A stretch of DNA of 64,000 bases from Prasinococcaceae sp. CCMP 1430 (GCA_013416795.1 RQSC01001079.1:76629-140628), one strand, 5' to 3'; numbered from the stretch's first letter, positions 33,738-44,144 are shown. Made by a program: numbers and translations. Notes: generated by a model not told the origin, from the letters alone.

Positions 33738-34562
33738 ATGGCACCCCCGTCGACGGGAGGCAGCCTCGTCGGCGCCGACGGCGGGTGGCAACCCGAGCGG
33801 AGCACGTGCGCGCGCGCGCAGACCGCGCGGGGTGAAAACGCTGAAAAACGCTGGCGCACCGCCGAGCGCCTGTCGGCCAAGGACGGCGAGAGGCACACTG
33901 TGTACTTGCCTGGGAGCGGCAACTACAAAGGCTCGTGGAAGTCCAACCTCAAGCACGGGAAGGGGACGATGGTGTACACCTCCAAGGACAAGTACGAGGG
34001 CGAGTGGGTGCGAGATAAGCGCGAGGGCCTGGGGACGCTGTGGAAGTACCTCGGCCGGGGCAAGTTCCGCGTGCAGTACCACGGCAGCTGGGCGGCGGAC
34101 CTCCCTGACGGGCGCGGCGTGTTCTACGAAGATGGAGGGGATCGGTACGAGGGAGAGTGGCGCGCGGGCTTGCGCCACGGGCGGGGGCGCCAGAGCTACG
34201 GCGGCCGCCCCAGCGACGGGTTTGGAGCGGACGTGTACGAGGGCCAGTGGGTCGACGGCGAGCGCTCGGGCAAGGGCACGCTCACGCTCGCGTCGGGGGA
34301 CGTCTACACGGGGCACTGGCAGCACGACGTCAAACACGGCCAGGGGAGCTACGTCTATCTCACAAAGGGGAAGCGGTACGATGGCACGTGGAAGGACGGC
34401 TCGCCGGTGTGCGGGTCGTACTCCGACGTCGCGCCCCAGGGCGAGCGGCCGGTGGGTCCTAACGGAAAGGTCCCTGCCGCCCTCCCCACGCTCGAGCTGG
34501 AGGACGCCGAGGCGGTGCTCGCCGGACGGCGCGCCGAGCTCGCCGCGGGGGACCAAGAGTAG
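33738..34562 (+). CDS. MORN3: MORN-repeat protein, MORN3-like
   Basis: About seven MORN repeats (YKGSWKSNLKHGKG, YEGEWVRDKREGLG...); N-terminal W...ERLSAKDGERHTVY and C-terminal LPTLELEDAEAVL. Confidence 0.8.
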   Translation: MAPPSTGGSLVGADGGWQPERSTCARAQTARGENAEKRWRTAERLSAKDGERHTVYLPGSGNYKGSWKSNLKHGKGTMVYTSKDKYEGEWVRDKREGLGTLWKYLGRGKFRVQYHGSWAADLPDGRGVFYEDGGDRYEGEWRAGLRHGRGRQSYGGRPSDGFGADVYEGQWVDGERSGKGTLTLASGDVYTGHWQHDVKHGQGSYVYLTKGKRYDGTWKDGSPVCGSYSDVAPQGERPVGPNGKVPAALPTLELEDAEAVLAGRRAELAAGDQE

Positions 34563-34964
34563 GCGACGCGATGCACAGGGCGGCTGAGGGCGGGCGGGAG
34601 CCGGCGCCGGGATTTGCGTCGCGCGGCGCGGCGCAGCCGCGCCGATGGGGGCGCGCGCGCGCCGCTGGTACCCACGGCGCTGTATATAACGCACGGGAGC
34701 GGTGCGTGGCGTGCCCAAGCGTACACACTAAGAACAGGCAGCAACTCCTCGATTCGTGCGCCGCAGTTCTCGCGCGGGAGCCGGGAGGCCGGCTATCGCG
34801 TTCAGTCGAGCTTGATTAAGGCCCGCTCGGGCGGGCACGAATGTTACACGGCGCGCGGCGTGGCCATTCGGAGACGCATGGGCTCCACGGCAGGATGGTG
34901 CACTGGCTGCCCTTTCACCACAGCCCGACCGCGCCCGGCCCGTCCACCCCTCTCACATCGGAAT

Positions 34965-36119
34965 CTACGTTGTCATCGCGCTGGTCGTCTCGTCGTCCGC
35001 ACTCCGCGCCCCACCCTTGGGCTTGTCGTAGCACCCCAATGACGTCAGCACGTCGGCTACCATCTCCGCGTGCGGTGAATCCGCCTGCCTGTACAACGAC
35101 TTGATCCTGTTTGCGGCGAGAGAGAAGAGCTTGGCCTCCTCCGCCGACCGAGCGTGCTTGTTCCCGGCGCCGCGAAGGGCCTGTGCGCATGCTGCCAGCC
35201 CGTACAGCGCACGCGCACCGTGCCCCCCGCCAAGCTCCACCGCCGCCGCGAAGTACCGTTTCGCGGCTAGCACATTCTCGGCGCCCCCCATTGTGTACAG
35301 CACCTCGGCATAACGCAGGTGTCGCTTCTGCTCGTGCGGTGCCGCGAGCACGAGTTCCTCCAGACAGAACGCTGCCTGCTTGTACATGCTCAGCTCCAGG
35401 TAGAGCTCCGCGAGCTCCGCCCAGGCCTCCTGATCGGCGGCGTAGTTCTCAAGGTACTCGTTGAGACGCTTGATGGCATCGATGGGCCCCGAGCGCGCAC
35501 GAGCGAGCGCCGCGCGCCTCTTCATCGCGTCCGCGTTGGTCTTGTCCTTCTCGAGCAGGTCGGCGTACACCTTCTCGGCCGCATCGTAATCGCCGCGCGC
35601 CTCGAAGGCCATGCCCTGCAGGCGCGCAACGCGCGCCGAGTCGGGAAACTTGGCCTGCAGCGCCGACAGCGTCTGTGACACCAGCTCCGGTGCATTGAAG
35701 TCGCACGCCGCGAGGCACACCTGTACGCGCAGCGCCAGACGCGGGCCGACACCAGGCACGCCGCCGCATCGTTAGGGTTGCTGATCTGCACAACGCGCCG
35801 GCGCCGGCGTCACCGGGCGCATGCTTGCGGGCGGGCGGAGGCGCGGGCGCTTTACACACCTGCTCGTACACCACGTACAGCTCGTCGCCCAGCGCGGCCC
35901 TGTCGTCCGCGCGCGAGAGCAGCTCCGCGCCGATGGTCGCCACGGCCTCCGGTCGCCGCACGCGCTGCGCTCGCGCCAGCCGCAGGTACTCGCGACGCCG
36001 CCCGTCCGCTCGCCCAACCGCCCGCCCCACCGGCCGAACGCGCCGCCGCGCGCGCCCTCCCCGGCCTCGAGCAGCTCGGCCTCGAGGGCGTCCATGCGCC
36101 GCGCGTCCACGCTCGGCAT
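34965..36119 (-). CDS. EMC2: ER membrane complex subunit 2 (TPR protein); intron 35859-35721, plus a frame discontinuity or short intron at 36055-36009
   Basis: EYLRLARAQRVRRPEAV...LYVVYEQ|VCLAACD, FPDSARVARLQGM and AWAELAELYL...QAAFCLEELVL. Confidence 0.92.
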
Positions 36120-36300
36120 GGCGCGAGCCTCCTTCCCCCTACCCACCCCCCCACACCCGCGCTACCCCCGCCCCGCCTGCGGGAGCGCCCACCCGCGCCG
36201 CAGCGCGCTGTGGCGCGGCAGCAGCCGCGCGCTCGCGCCCGCGCTCCGGAGCGCACCGCTCTCATTTTGACCTAGAACATGTGATCGCCCGTGGGTAAAA

Positions 36301-38847
36301 ATGTACTGTACACACTCTACGCGCGAATCTGGTATCAGTGTCGCCACTGCCGCAGCCGCAGCCGCAGCCGCCGGCCGCCGCCGGTGGGAGGAGGCCACAC
36401 CCCACACGGCAAGCGCCGCGGGCTGAGGGCCTGCCCTCCCGCCCGCCTGCCTGCCTGCCTGCCTGCGTGGCGCGTTGGGCGGGCGACAGGCATGGCCGGC
36501 CGGGCGTCGCGAGGGGGCTCCCCCGACGCGCGGAGGCGGCGGCGGTGGCGCGTGCGCGCGCTGCCTCAAGCCGCTTGGGACGCGCGCGCAGCAGCTCGCT
36601 TGGGCGGCGCGGCTGCCGCTGGCGGGGGCGGACGCGCGCGACGCAGGCGAGGCGGACGCAGAGGGCTATCACGGCTGGCGGTGCCTGTGCGCAGGTGGCT
36701 GCGGCGCTGCCTACTGCTCCCTCGCGTGTCGAGCGGAGGACTGGGGCGCCGGCGGGCACGAGCTGGTGTGTGCAGGGCCGCACGACGAGGCGCACCCGCT
36801 TGTTGAGCTCGAGCGCGCGGCGAGGGAGTCGCACGAGTCGTTCGGTGCGGCGGCGGCTGCGCTCGCGGCTGCTGCTGCGGCGGCAGACCACGAGGCGGCG
36901 GTAGCGCGTCTGGGGGCGCTGCGCCGCCCGACGGTGCCGTGGTGGGAACTCCAGGCGGTGGGAATGGCGCCTAAGCGCGCGCGGCGTGTCGTGGCCGAGT
37001 GTCGCGCGCAGGCTGCCGAGGCGCACGCAATGTTCCGCGTTGGGATGATGTACGAGGGCGGCGTGGACGAAGGGAGTGCCGCGCTCGCGCAGGACGCGTG
37101 GGTGGGCGTGCTGGGCGCGCTCGAGACAGCTCGTGTGCCGCTATCGTTGCCGCCGCCTGCGTTGGGCCACTGTATCGAGCGTCTCGCGGCCATCGAGCGT
37201 GGCGAGGCGCCGAAGGGCGACGCCGAGCGCCTGGCGGCAGTGCTGGACGCGGTGGTCAGAGTCGCCGCCGAGGCGCCGGCGGCCGACGGCGCGTGCGCGT
37301 CGGACTCCGACTCCGACTCCGACGACTACGCCTCGAGCGACTACGACGACGCCAGCGATATCGAAGGCGACGTCGAAACCACTGCCGCTGGCGCGGACGC
37401 CACCGGCGGCGCGGACGGCGGCAGTGCCGCAGGTGTCGGGGCCGCCGGGACCGCCGGGGCCTACCAAGCCGCAGGGGCTGACCGCGGACGCGCGAACGCT
37501 GAAGCCGATCCCGTCAGCGCCGGAGCGGACGGTGCCGCGCGCGCCGAACGCCGCTGCCGTGACCTGCTGGCGACCTGGAGCGCCGACGCGGCGTCGCTCT
37601 GCCCCCTGCGCGGCGTCGACGCAGTGGGTTTGATGCCGCCCGAAGCGGAGATGCGCCACTCGTGCGTGCCCAACTGCCAGCTCGAGGCAAGGTGGGAGCC
37701 ATTGCTAGCCACTGCCGCCGAGCGCGACGCGGCAGCGACGGCGGCGGGTGGCGGTGAGGCGCGATACGACGCCTTTCGTGGCAGAGTAGTCGTCGACGCC
37801 ATCGCGCTTCGAGACATCGCCGAGGGAGAGGAGCTCACGGTCGCCATGGTAGCAACTAATGCGACAGCCGAGGGCCGCGCCGCCGCGATGGCTGCGCGAG
37901 GGCTGCCCTCACCGTGCGGCTGCGCGCGATGCACATTCGAGCGCGCCGGCAGGGACGCGGCCGCCGTCGGTGCAGCATCTGACGTGCGCCTACTGGCGGA
38001 CCTGGCCACCGAAGAGGGCCGCCACGACGAAGCAGCGGCGCTCCACGCCGAGAGGCAAGCTCGCGCCACCGATGGAGCTGCGATTGCGGACGCAGGCTAC
38101 GCCCGCGGCGCGGCGCTCATGGCTGCCAATCGATGGGCGGACGCGCACCGCGTCTGGCGCGAGGCCGCCGAGGCGTGCCCCGAGCACAGTCTCCTGGCTG
38201 GCGTCGAGGCCAAGCGCCGCGCCTACTCCTGCGCGGCGTCAGCCTTTCGGCCGTTGCCCAAGGGCTTCGCCGACGCCTGTGCGACGCACCGCCTCTCGCC
38301 TCTGCACCGCGTAGTGGTCACGCCGCCGCTCCTGTCGGCGGAGCAATGCGCGGCGATCGTCAGCGCCGCCGAAGCCGCCGCCGAGGCGCGGGGCGGCTGG
38401 ACTACCTCGCGGCACTATGGCGTGCCCACCACGGATGTGCCCCTCGCCGAAGTTCCCGAGGCGCTGGCGGTGTTCCGCGAGGCATGGGCACGTGCGCTCG
38501 CACCCGCACTGGCGGCGCTGTTCCCCGACGCGGTGGAGGGCGTGCCGGCGTCGCGGCTGCGCGTCCACGACGCCTTCGTTGTGCGCTACGACAGTGCCGA
38601 GCGCCGCGGCTTGCCACGGCACCGCGATGAGGCGCAAATTAGCGCCACGCTGGCGCTCAACGCCCCGCCGGCGTACGCCGGTGGCGGCACGCACTTCCCT
38701 GCGCTCGGCAGGGCGATCGACGCGAGCAACGTAGGCGGCGCCGTGCTCTTCGAGGGCGGTGCGGTCGAGCATGCCGGGGAGGTCATCACAGCGGGAACGA
38801 GGTACATCGTTGCCATCTTCGCCGGGGCTGGCGAGGGCGAGGACTGA
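36301..38847 (+). CDS. SMYD-type SET/MYND + TPR + 2OG-Fe(II) dioxygenase fusion (exons 36301-36408 and 36490-38847)
   Basis: CARCLKP...CGAAYCSLAC...HELVC (MYND); RHSCVPNC, ALRDIAEGEELT and CGCARC (SET/post-SET); TPR-like helices; AFVVRY...RHRD...YAGGGTHF...EHAG...GTRYI (dioxygenase). Confidence 0.88.
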
Positions 38848-39510
38848 GCCCAGCGGACGTGCGGTGGCGGCGGCGGGGCCAGCGTTGTCCGCTATTGTTG
38901 TACACATTAATTACTGTACTTGTACCATACACGCACGCATCCACCCGTGCATTCACGCGAGCGCGCGCGCGTGCGAGCGAGCGCGCGCGAGCGCACGGTG
39001 TGCGCGCGCATGGGCGAGGCGTCCGCGTCGCCCTTGTGTGCGCGCGTACATGTATGCGCTAAGCGAGGTGTGTGGCGCGTGGTGTGTGGTGCGTGGGGAC
39101 TCGTGCGCTAGCGAGAGTGCGCTCTCATGCCAATGCGCTGGCGTTTTGGGGTTTAGCACACCATCGCATTTGCTATGAGCTCACATAAACCCACGGGAAG
39201 GGGAAATCACCAGTCTAGCTTGAAGTAGCCACTGCACGTTCCGGTACATGTACGCGTGTGTTTTGGCACGGACGGTCGGCGACTCCGTTTTTTAGATATG
39301 TTGAGGAGGGGGTCGCGCGCGATTTGGCGGGAAGCGCCGCGGTTGGCTGTCGGCGCACGGAAGTTATCCAGTTGCGCGCGCCGGGGTGGGGTGGGGGGGA
39401 GGTGCCGAGGGCGCCTGCGTTGAGGCGGCGGCGCGGATGCCGCCGGGGCGCTCGCGGCTGCGCCGGATGCGCTCGCGGGCGCGGCGCACGCACTAGGCCT
39501 GGACGCGGCG

Positions 39511-40443
39511 ATGGCAGGGGATGGGGCCGTGCAGACTCTGGAGCTCGTCGCGCTCTCGGCCGCGGTCGCCACGCTCAGCCAGTGCCTCACAGGATTCGGA
39601 TTTGGCATGGTGGCTGTCGGCATCCTCGGGCCGCTGCAGGCGGAGGGCGACCTGCCGGGGCTGCCCTTCAGCGCCATCGTGGCGGTGGTGATCCTGCTCA
39701 GCGTGCCCGTGACGCTCGCGCAGGTGTGGGAGAAACGCGAGTACGTCGAGCTGGATGGCGTCAGCGTGCTGCTGGGAGCCGCGCTGCTGGGCACGCCCGT
39801 GGGCGTGTTGTCGCTGCAGCTGCTCGACGAGAGGCTCGTGCTCACGCTGCTGGGCACGGTGATCGTGCTCTTCTCGGCCAGCGAGCTCAACAACCTCTTC
39901 CAGGATGTACAAGCCGCGCGCGCGCAGGAAGAGCTCGAGGCCAAGGCCGCTTCCTCCGATTCGGACGACGACGAGGTCACTGCGGCCGCGGAGGCGGCGG
40001 CAGCGGCCGCGGCTGCCAGCGAGGAAGGGCGGCTCGTGCTCAAAGACGAGCGCTGGGCGCCCGTCTTTGGCGGCCTGGCGGGGGTGCTGGGCGGCGCTTT
40101 CGCCGTGCCCTCGCCCTTCGTGGTGATGTACGCCGCCATGCGGCGCTGGGACACCGAGCCGCTGCGCTGCAAGGCCAACTTGGTGTTCGTGCTGGCTGCC
40201 ATGCGCACGCTGGTCACTGTCATCGATGCCGCGCGGGGCGAGTACAACGACCCTGTGGTGCTCTCCTCGGTGCTCGTGTGCGCGCCCGCTTGTGTGCTTG
40301 CGTACAACCTCGCCGGAACGCTCGAGGGCAAGGTGAACCCCACGCTCTTCAGAGGACTCGTGGTGGGCAAGCTGATGATAAACGGGTTCATCCTGCTCGT
40401 GCCCGCCATCCTCGAGGCCGCGGGGCCGAGCGCTGCGCAATGA
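39511..40443 (+). CDS. TauE/SafE (DUF81) sulfite-exporter-family membrane protein
   Basis: LSQCLTGFGFGMVAV, multiple TM helices in two halves, and GGLAGVLGGAFAVPSP. Confidence 0.85.
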   Translation: MAGDGAVQTLELVALSAAVATLSQCLTGFGFGMVAVGILGPLQAEGDLPGLPFSAIVAVVILLSVPVTLAQVWEKREYVELDGVSVLLGAALLGTPVGVLSLQLLDERLVLTLLGTVIVLFSASELNNLFQDVQAARAQEELEAKAASSDSDDDEVTAAAEAAAAAAAASEEGRLVLKDERWAPVFGGLAGVLGGAFAVPSPFVVMYAAMRRWDTEPLRCKANLVFVLAAMRTLVTVIDAARGEYNDPVVLSSVLVCAPACVLAYNLAGTLEGKVNPTLFRGLVVGKLMINGFILLVPAILEAAGPSAAQ

Positions 40444-40554
40444 CGGCCACACGTGTAAACTGCATGTACAGTAACTGCTCTTACGGTACACTCCATGCTT
40501 GCTTTGCGGCGCGCTCTTGAAAATTGGACGGCTCGGCGTGCGCTCAACTGACGG

Positions 40555-42261
40555 TCAGTCTACACGCGTCAGGACGAACAGGTCGCCCATGTCGTTGCGG
40601 GAGATGCGCATGTCGTAGTCGAGGTACGTCGTGTCGAGCCACGCGCCTGAGCCGCCGCGCCCGGTCGCCGCGAGCTCCCACTCGATGGCCAGCCTTGCAG
40701 GGGTCTTCGGCGGCGCCTTGAGCTGCAGCGGGCCGATCTTGAAGTCGGTGAAGTTGAGGGCGAGCCGCGAGTCGCTCTGAGCCTCGACGTCGCCGATTGC
40801 CACGTTGGTGAAGTCGGACATGAAGAAGTTGTACGTGGTCTCGTTGATGAGCTTGAGCGAGTACATGTCCACGCGCTGTTTGATGCCGCCCGCCTTGGGC
40901 TTGATAGCAGGCACGCCCGGCGCGGCGTTTCCCCCGATGGCGGCGAGGCAGGTGGTGTACTGCAGCTCCCACTCCCCATTCATCAGGGGGCTGCGAAGCG
41001 GCTTCGCTGTCGGGTTGGCCGCCTCGAGGGCGCACGCGAGCTTCTGCACGGCGCGTCGCTTCTCCTCCGAGGCAGCCAGCCCACGCTCCAAGCCTAATAT
41101 TGCGGCGAGCAACGCAGACTTGGCGTCCTTGGTCTCTGCCGCAGATGCCCCCTGCACGAAGGTGGGCTTGTAGTTCACCTGCAGCTGCGAGTTGACCATG
41201 TTGCCGCCGCCGCCACCCGAGAGCGCGCTGCGCAAGCTGTCTGCGAATCCCGCCTTTTCCGCCTGCGCCGCGTCGATCGCGCCCCCCGCGTCATCGATGA
41301 CGGCGACCTCCACAGCCTGCGCCTCCGCAGGCACGATGGCGGCCGAGGCGCTGACGGGCACGGGAAGACTCGCGCCCGTGACCGTGGCATCGGCATCCTC
41401 GGGCTCGACATCACCATCTGCCTCGACAGGCAGCGCTTCCACAGCTGCGGGCTCGTTGGCGGCATCCGCGCCTCGCTGCTGGTAGAAGGCCTTGGCCTCG
41501 GCCTGCGCCTGGGCCACCGCCTGCTGCTCCTCCTCCTCAGCCTCGGCCTGGGCGGCAGCCGCCTCCAACGCCTCCGCCGCAGCGCGCTCGCGCTCCGCCT
41601 CGCGCGCCTCCCGCAGCCGGTCGGCTGCAGCCTCGGCCGCGGCTGCGCCCGCTTTGCCGACGCCCTTGCCGAGCGCTCCCAACAGGTTTCCCGCCTGGGA
41701 CAGAGCCTCCGACGCGCCGGCGGCGAGCGCGTCCGTGCTGCCCTCGCCGGCCCCGGTCTCGGCATCGGCCTCCCGCTTCTTCTTCTGCTGCTGCTGTCGA
41801 AACTGCTTCGCTTGCTCCGCCTGCTGCCGCGCACCCTCCGCAGCCGCCTTGAGCGCAGCGGATCCCGCCGGTGACGCCTCGTCCTGCGCGCTGCTGGTGG
41901 CCGTCAAGAAGGCCTTGGTGGCGAGAATCAGCGTGTCGCCATCCTCGAGGGCGTACGCCACGCCCGGCTCGAGCGCCTGCGGCCCGAAGAGCCCTGCGCC
42001 GAGGCCGCCCTTCGCTCGCTTGATCGCGGTGCCGTTCGTCGAGCCCAGGTCGGTGACGAGCAGCCGGCCCTCCCGGTCGAGTTCGAGCTCGCAGTGCCGC
42101 CCCGATACGACGTCCACGAGCACGCCCGCGTCGTTGCGCTCGCCCTCGCGCCCCAGCACGACCTTCTTGCCCGCGCGGGCGAGCGCGAGCTTCTGCTTCA
42201 CGAGCGTGCTGCCGGCGAGCTCCCACCCGCCGCGCGCGCGCGCGGCGCACGCCGCGCGCCG
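40555..42261 (-). CDS. FHA domain + PAP/fibrillin domain protein; 5' end lost at the single-n gap
   Basis: FHA motifs VVLGR...VSGRHC...VTDLGSTNGT; fibrillin motifs KSALLAAILGLERG...LEAANPT...LMNGEWELQYT...WLDTTYLDYDMRISR...LFVL. Confidence 0.88.
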   Translation of the reverse strand, partial: RRAACAARARGGWELAGSTLVKQKLALARAGKKVVLGREGERNDAGVLVDVVSGRHCELELDREGRLLVTDLGSTNGTAIKRAKGGLGAGLFGPQALEPGVAYALEDGDTLILATKAFLTATSSAQDEASPAGSAALKAAAEGARQQAEQAKQFRQQQQKKKREADAETGAGEGSTDALAAGASEALSQAGNLLGALGKGVGKAGAAAAEAAADRLREAREAERERAAAEALEAAAAQAEAEEEEQQAVAQAQAEAKAFYQQRGADAANEPAAVEALPVEADGDVEPEDADATVTGASLPVPVSASAAIVPAEAQAVEVAVIDDAGGAIDAAQAEKAGFADSLRSALSGGGGGNMVNSQLQVNYKPTFVQGASAAETKDAKSALLAAILGLERGLAASEEKRRAVQKLACALEAANPTAKPLRSPLMNGEWELQYTTCLAAIGGNAAPGVPAIKPKAGGIKQRVDMYSLKLINETTYNFFMSDFTNVAIGDVEAQSDSRLALNFTDFKIGPLQLKAPPKTPARLAIEWELAATGRGGSGAWLDTTYLDYDMRISRNDMGDLFVLTRVD

Positions 42262-42262
42262 N

Positions 42263-43066
42263 GGCGTGGACGTTGCGTGGCTGAAGGGCTTTATCACGAA
42301 CATGCTATTTGGTGGCATCGAGACGACCGCCGCGAGCCTGAGCGCCATCCTTCCCGAGCTCTACGCCATGCCGGAGCTCACGGCTGCGCTGCGCGCGGAT
42401 GTTGAGGCGGCGATGCCCGCCGCAGCTGCCAAAGCGGCGCAGGAGGGCGCCACAATCGAGGACGTCACCGCGGAAATCACGCCGGACGGGCTGGCGGCGG
42501 CCACCCTGCTCAACGCCACCGTGCTCGAAACGCTGCGTTTCTGGGTTGTGGTCCCATTTGCCTTCCGCGAGGTCATCGTCGACGACCTGGTTGTGGGTGG
42601 ATTTCACATCCCCAAGGGCCACACCGTGATTCTATTCTCAGGGAGTGCGCTCAACGAGATGTCTCGCCCTGACGGTGGGGCGTGGGACGATGCAGATGCG
42701 TTCGACCCGCGCCGCTGGCTCCCCTGGCTGGAGAGCCTTCCTGCGAGCTCGAGCGTGGCGCGAGGCAGCAAGGCCTTCGGATCCAACTTCACGCCCTTTG
42801 GGTGCGGACCGCGAGTGTGTCCTGGCCAAGTCTTGGCGACCAACGAGCTGCTCATTCTCTTGAGTGCTATGCTACTGACCGTCGACTGGGTCGTGCCTGA
42901 TGGCGTGGATGGTACCAAGCCCGGCGATTCGCCGCGGGCGTGGCGCGACCGCGTGTTCAATTTGCGGCGCGGAGGCGACAACGGTTTCACGATCGATGCC
43001 AAACGCCGGCGCCCCGACAACAAGCACGGCGCGGCGCCACAGACGCCGGCCGCGGAGGCTTCCTGA
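42263..43066 (+). CDS. Cytochrome P450, C-terminal half only (N-terminus lost at the single-n gap)
   Basis: I-helix MLFGGIETT, ExxR (ETLR), FDPRRW and heme motif PFGCGPRVCPG. Confidence 0.92.
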   Translation, partial: GVDVAWLKGFITNMLFGGIETTAASLSAILPELYAMPELTAALRADVEAAMPAAAAKAAQEGATIEDVTAEITPDGLAAATLLNATVLETLRFWVVVPFAFREVIVDDLVVGGFHIPKGHTVILFSGSALNEMSRPDGGAWDDADAFDPRRWLPWLESLPASSSVARGSKAFGSNFTPFGCGPRVCPGQVLATNELLILLSAMLLTVDWVVPDGVDGTKPGDSPRAWRDRVFNLRRGGDNGFTIDAKRRRPDNKHGAAPQTPAAEAS

Positions 43067-43358
43067 CGCGTTCTGCTGACAGCAGATGTGCATGTGACCG
43101 GCGCTAAAGTATATGCCCGCCACCTGAGCACGGGGCCACCCTGGCCGTAAAAAATGTGTGTTTTGTTGTGTCGTCGCTCGCGCCTGCACAAGCAATGTTC
43201 TCGCTCATCTCCTCGTACCCTTTGCTTGTCGACCTTCGTCTATGCACCATGCGCACGACGAAGCTGTCATTATTGCTCTGCTCGCTCCACTGTGGCCTGC
43301 GTGCATCACTTAGTCGTCGGGCGGTGGCGGTGGCGGCGGTGCAGCGGCGGCAGCGGCC

Positions 43359-44144
43359 ATGGCGGCGGTTGCGACGACGGTGGACACGTCCCCAAAGTCC
43401 GCGCTGCGTGGTGCGGAGGGCCAGGCGCGCGTGCCGAGACATGTGGCGTTCATTATGGACGGCAATGCGCGCTGGGCGCGGCGGCGCGCGCTGGGCTCGG
43501 CCGCCGGGCACGAGGCGGGCGTCGCGGCGCTGCGCAAGTGCGTGCGGGCGGCGGCAGACGCGGGCGTGCGGGTGGTCTCTGTGTACGCCTTCTCGACCGA
43601 GAACTGGTCGCGCCCACCCGCGGAGGTCGCCTCGCTCCTCGTGCTGCTCGAGCGCACGCTCACCGCCGAGCTCCCCGAGCTGCAACGCGAGGGCGTTCGC
43701 GTGACCGCGACGGGTGACCTGGCGCGGCTACCAGCGCCGCTCGCCGCCGCGACGGAGGCGGCCATTAATGCCACGCAGGCTAATAGGACGATGGACCTGT
43801 GCATCGCCATGGGCTACAGCGGACGGCAGGAGATCACCAAGGCTGTCCGCTCTCTCGCCGCGCGTGTGGAAGCCGGTGAGCTGCGCGCGCGAGACATCGA
43901 CGAGGACGCCATCGCCGCCACGCTGCACACGGCCGCGCTGCCCGAGGGCTGTGAGGAGCCGGACCTGCTGATACGCACGAGTGGCGAGATGCGCCTCTCC
44001 AATTTCATGCTGTGGCAAACGGCATACACCGAGCTCTACTTCACGGACACGCTCTGGCCTGACTTCGACGAGGCAGAGCTGCGCGCGGCGCTCGACGAGT
44101 ACGCCGCGCGCACGCGGCGCTTCGGCCGGCGCGACGCCGACTGA
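43359..44144 (+). CDS. cis-prenyltransferase (UPPS family)
   Basis: PRHVAFIMDGNARWA, YAFSTENWSRP, PDLLIRTSGEMRLSNFMLWQ and RTRRFG. Confidence 0.96.
   Translation: MAAVATTVDTSPKSALRGAEGQARVPRHVAFIMDGNARWARRRALGSAAGHEAGVAALRKCVRAAADAGVRVVSVYAFSTENWSRPPAEVASLLVLLERTLTAELPELQREGVRVTATGDLARLPAPLAAATEAAINATQANRTMDLCIAMGYSGRQEITKAVRSLAARVEAGELRARDIDEDAIAATLHTAALPEGCEEPDLLIRTSGEMRLSNFMLWQTAYTELYFTDTLWPDFDEAELRAALDEYAARTRRFGRRDAD

Noticed and set aside
41492-43066. Long ORFs reading through n at 42262 (P450 with an Ala/Ser-rich N-terminus; FHA-fibrillin with a hydrophobic N-terminus)
   Set aside because: Each N-terminal part is the antisense shadow of the neighbouring gene across an unsized gap.
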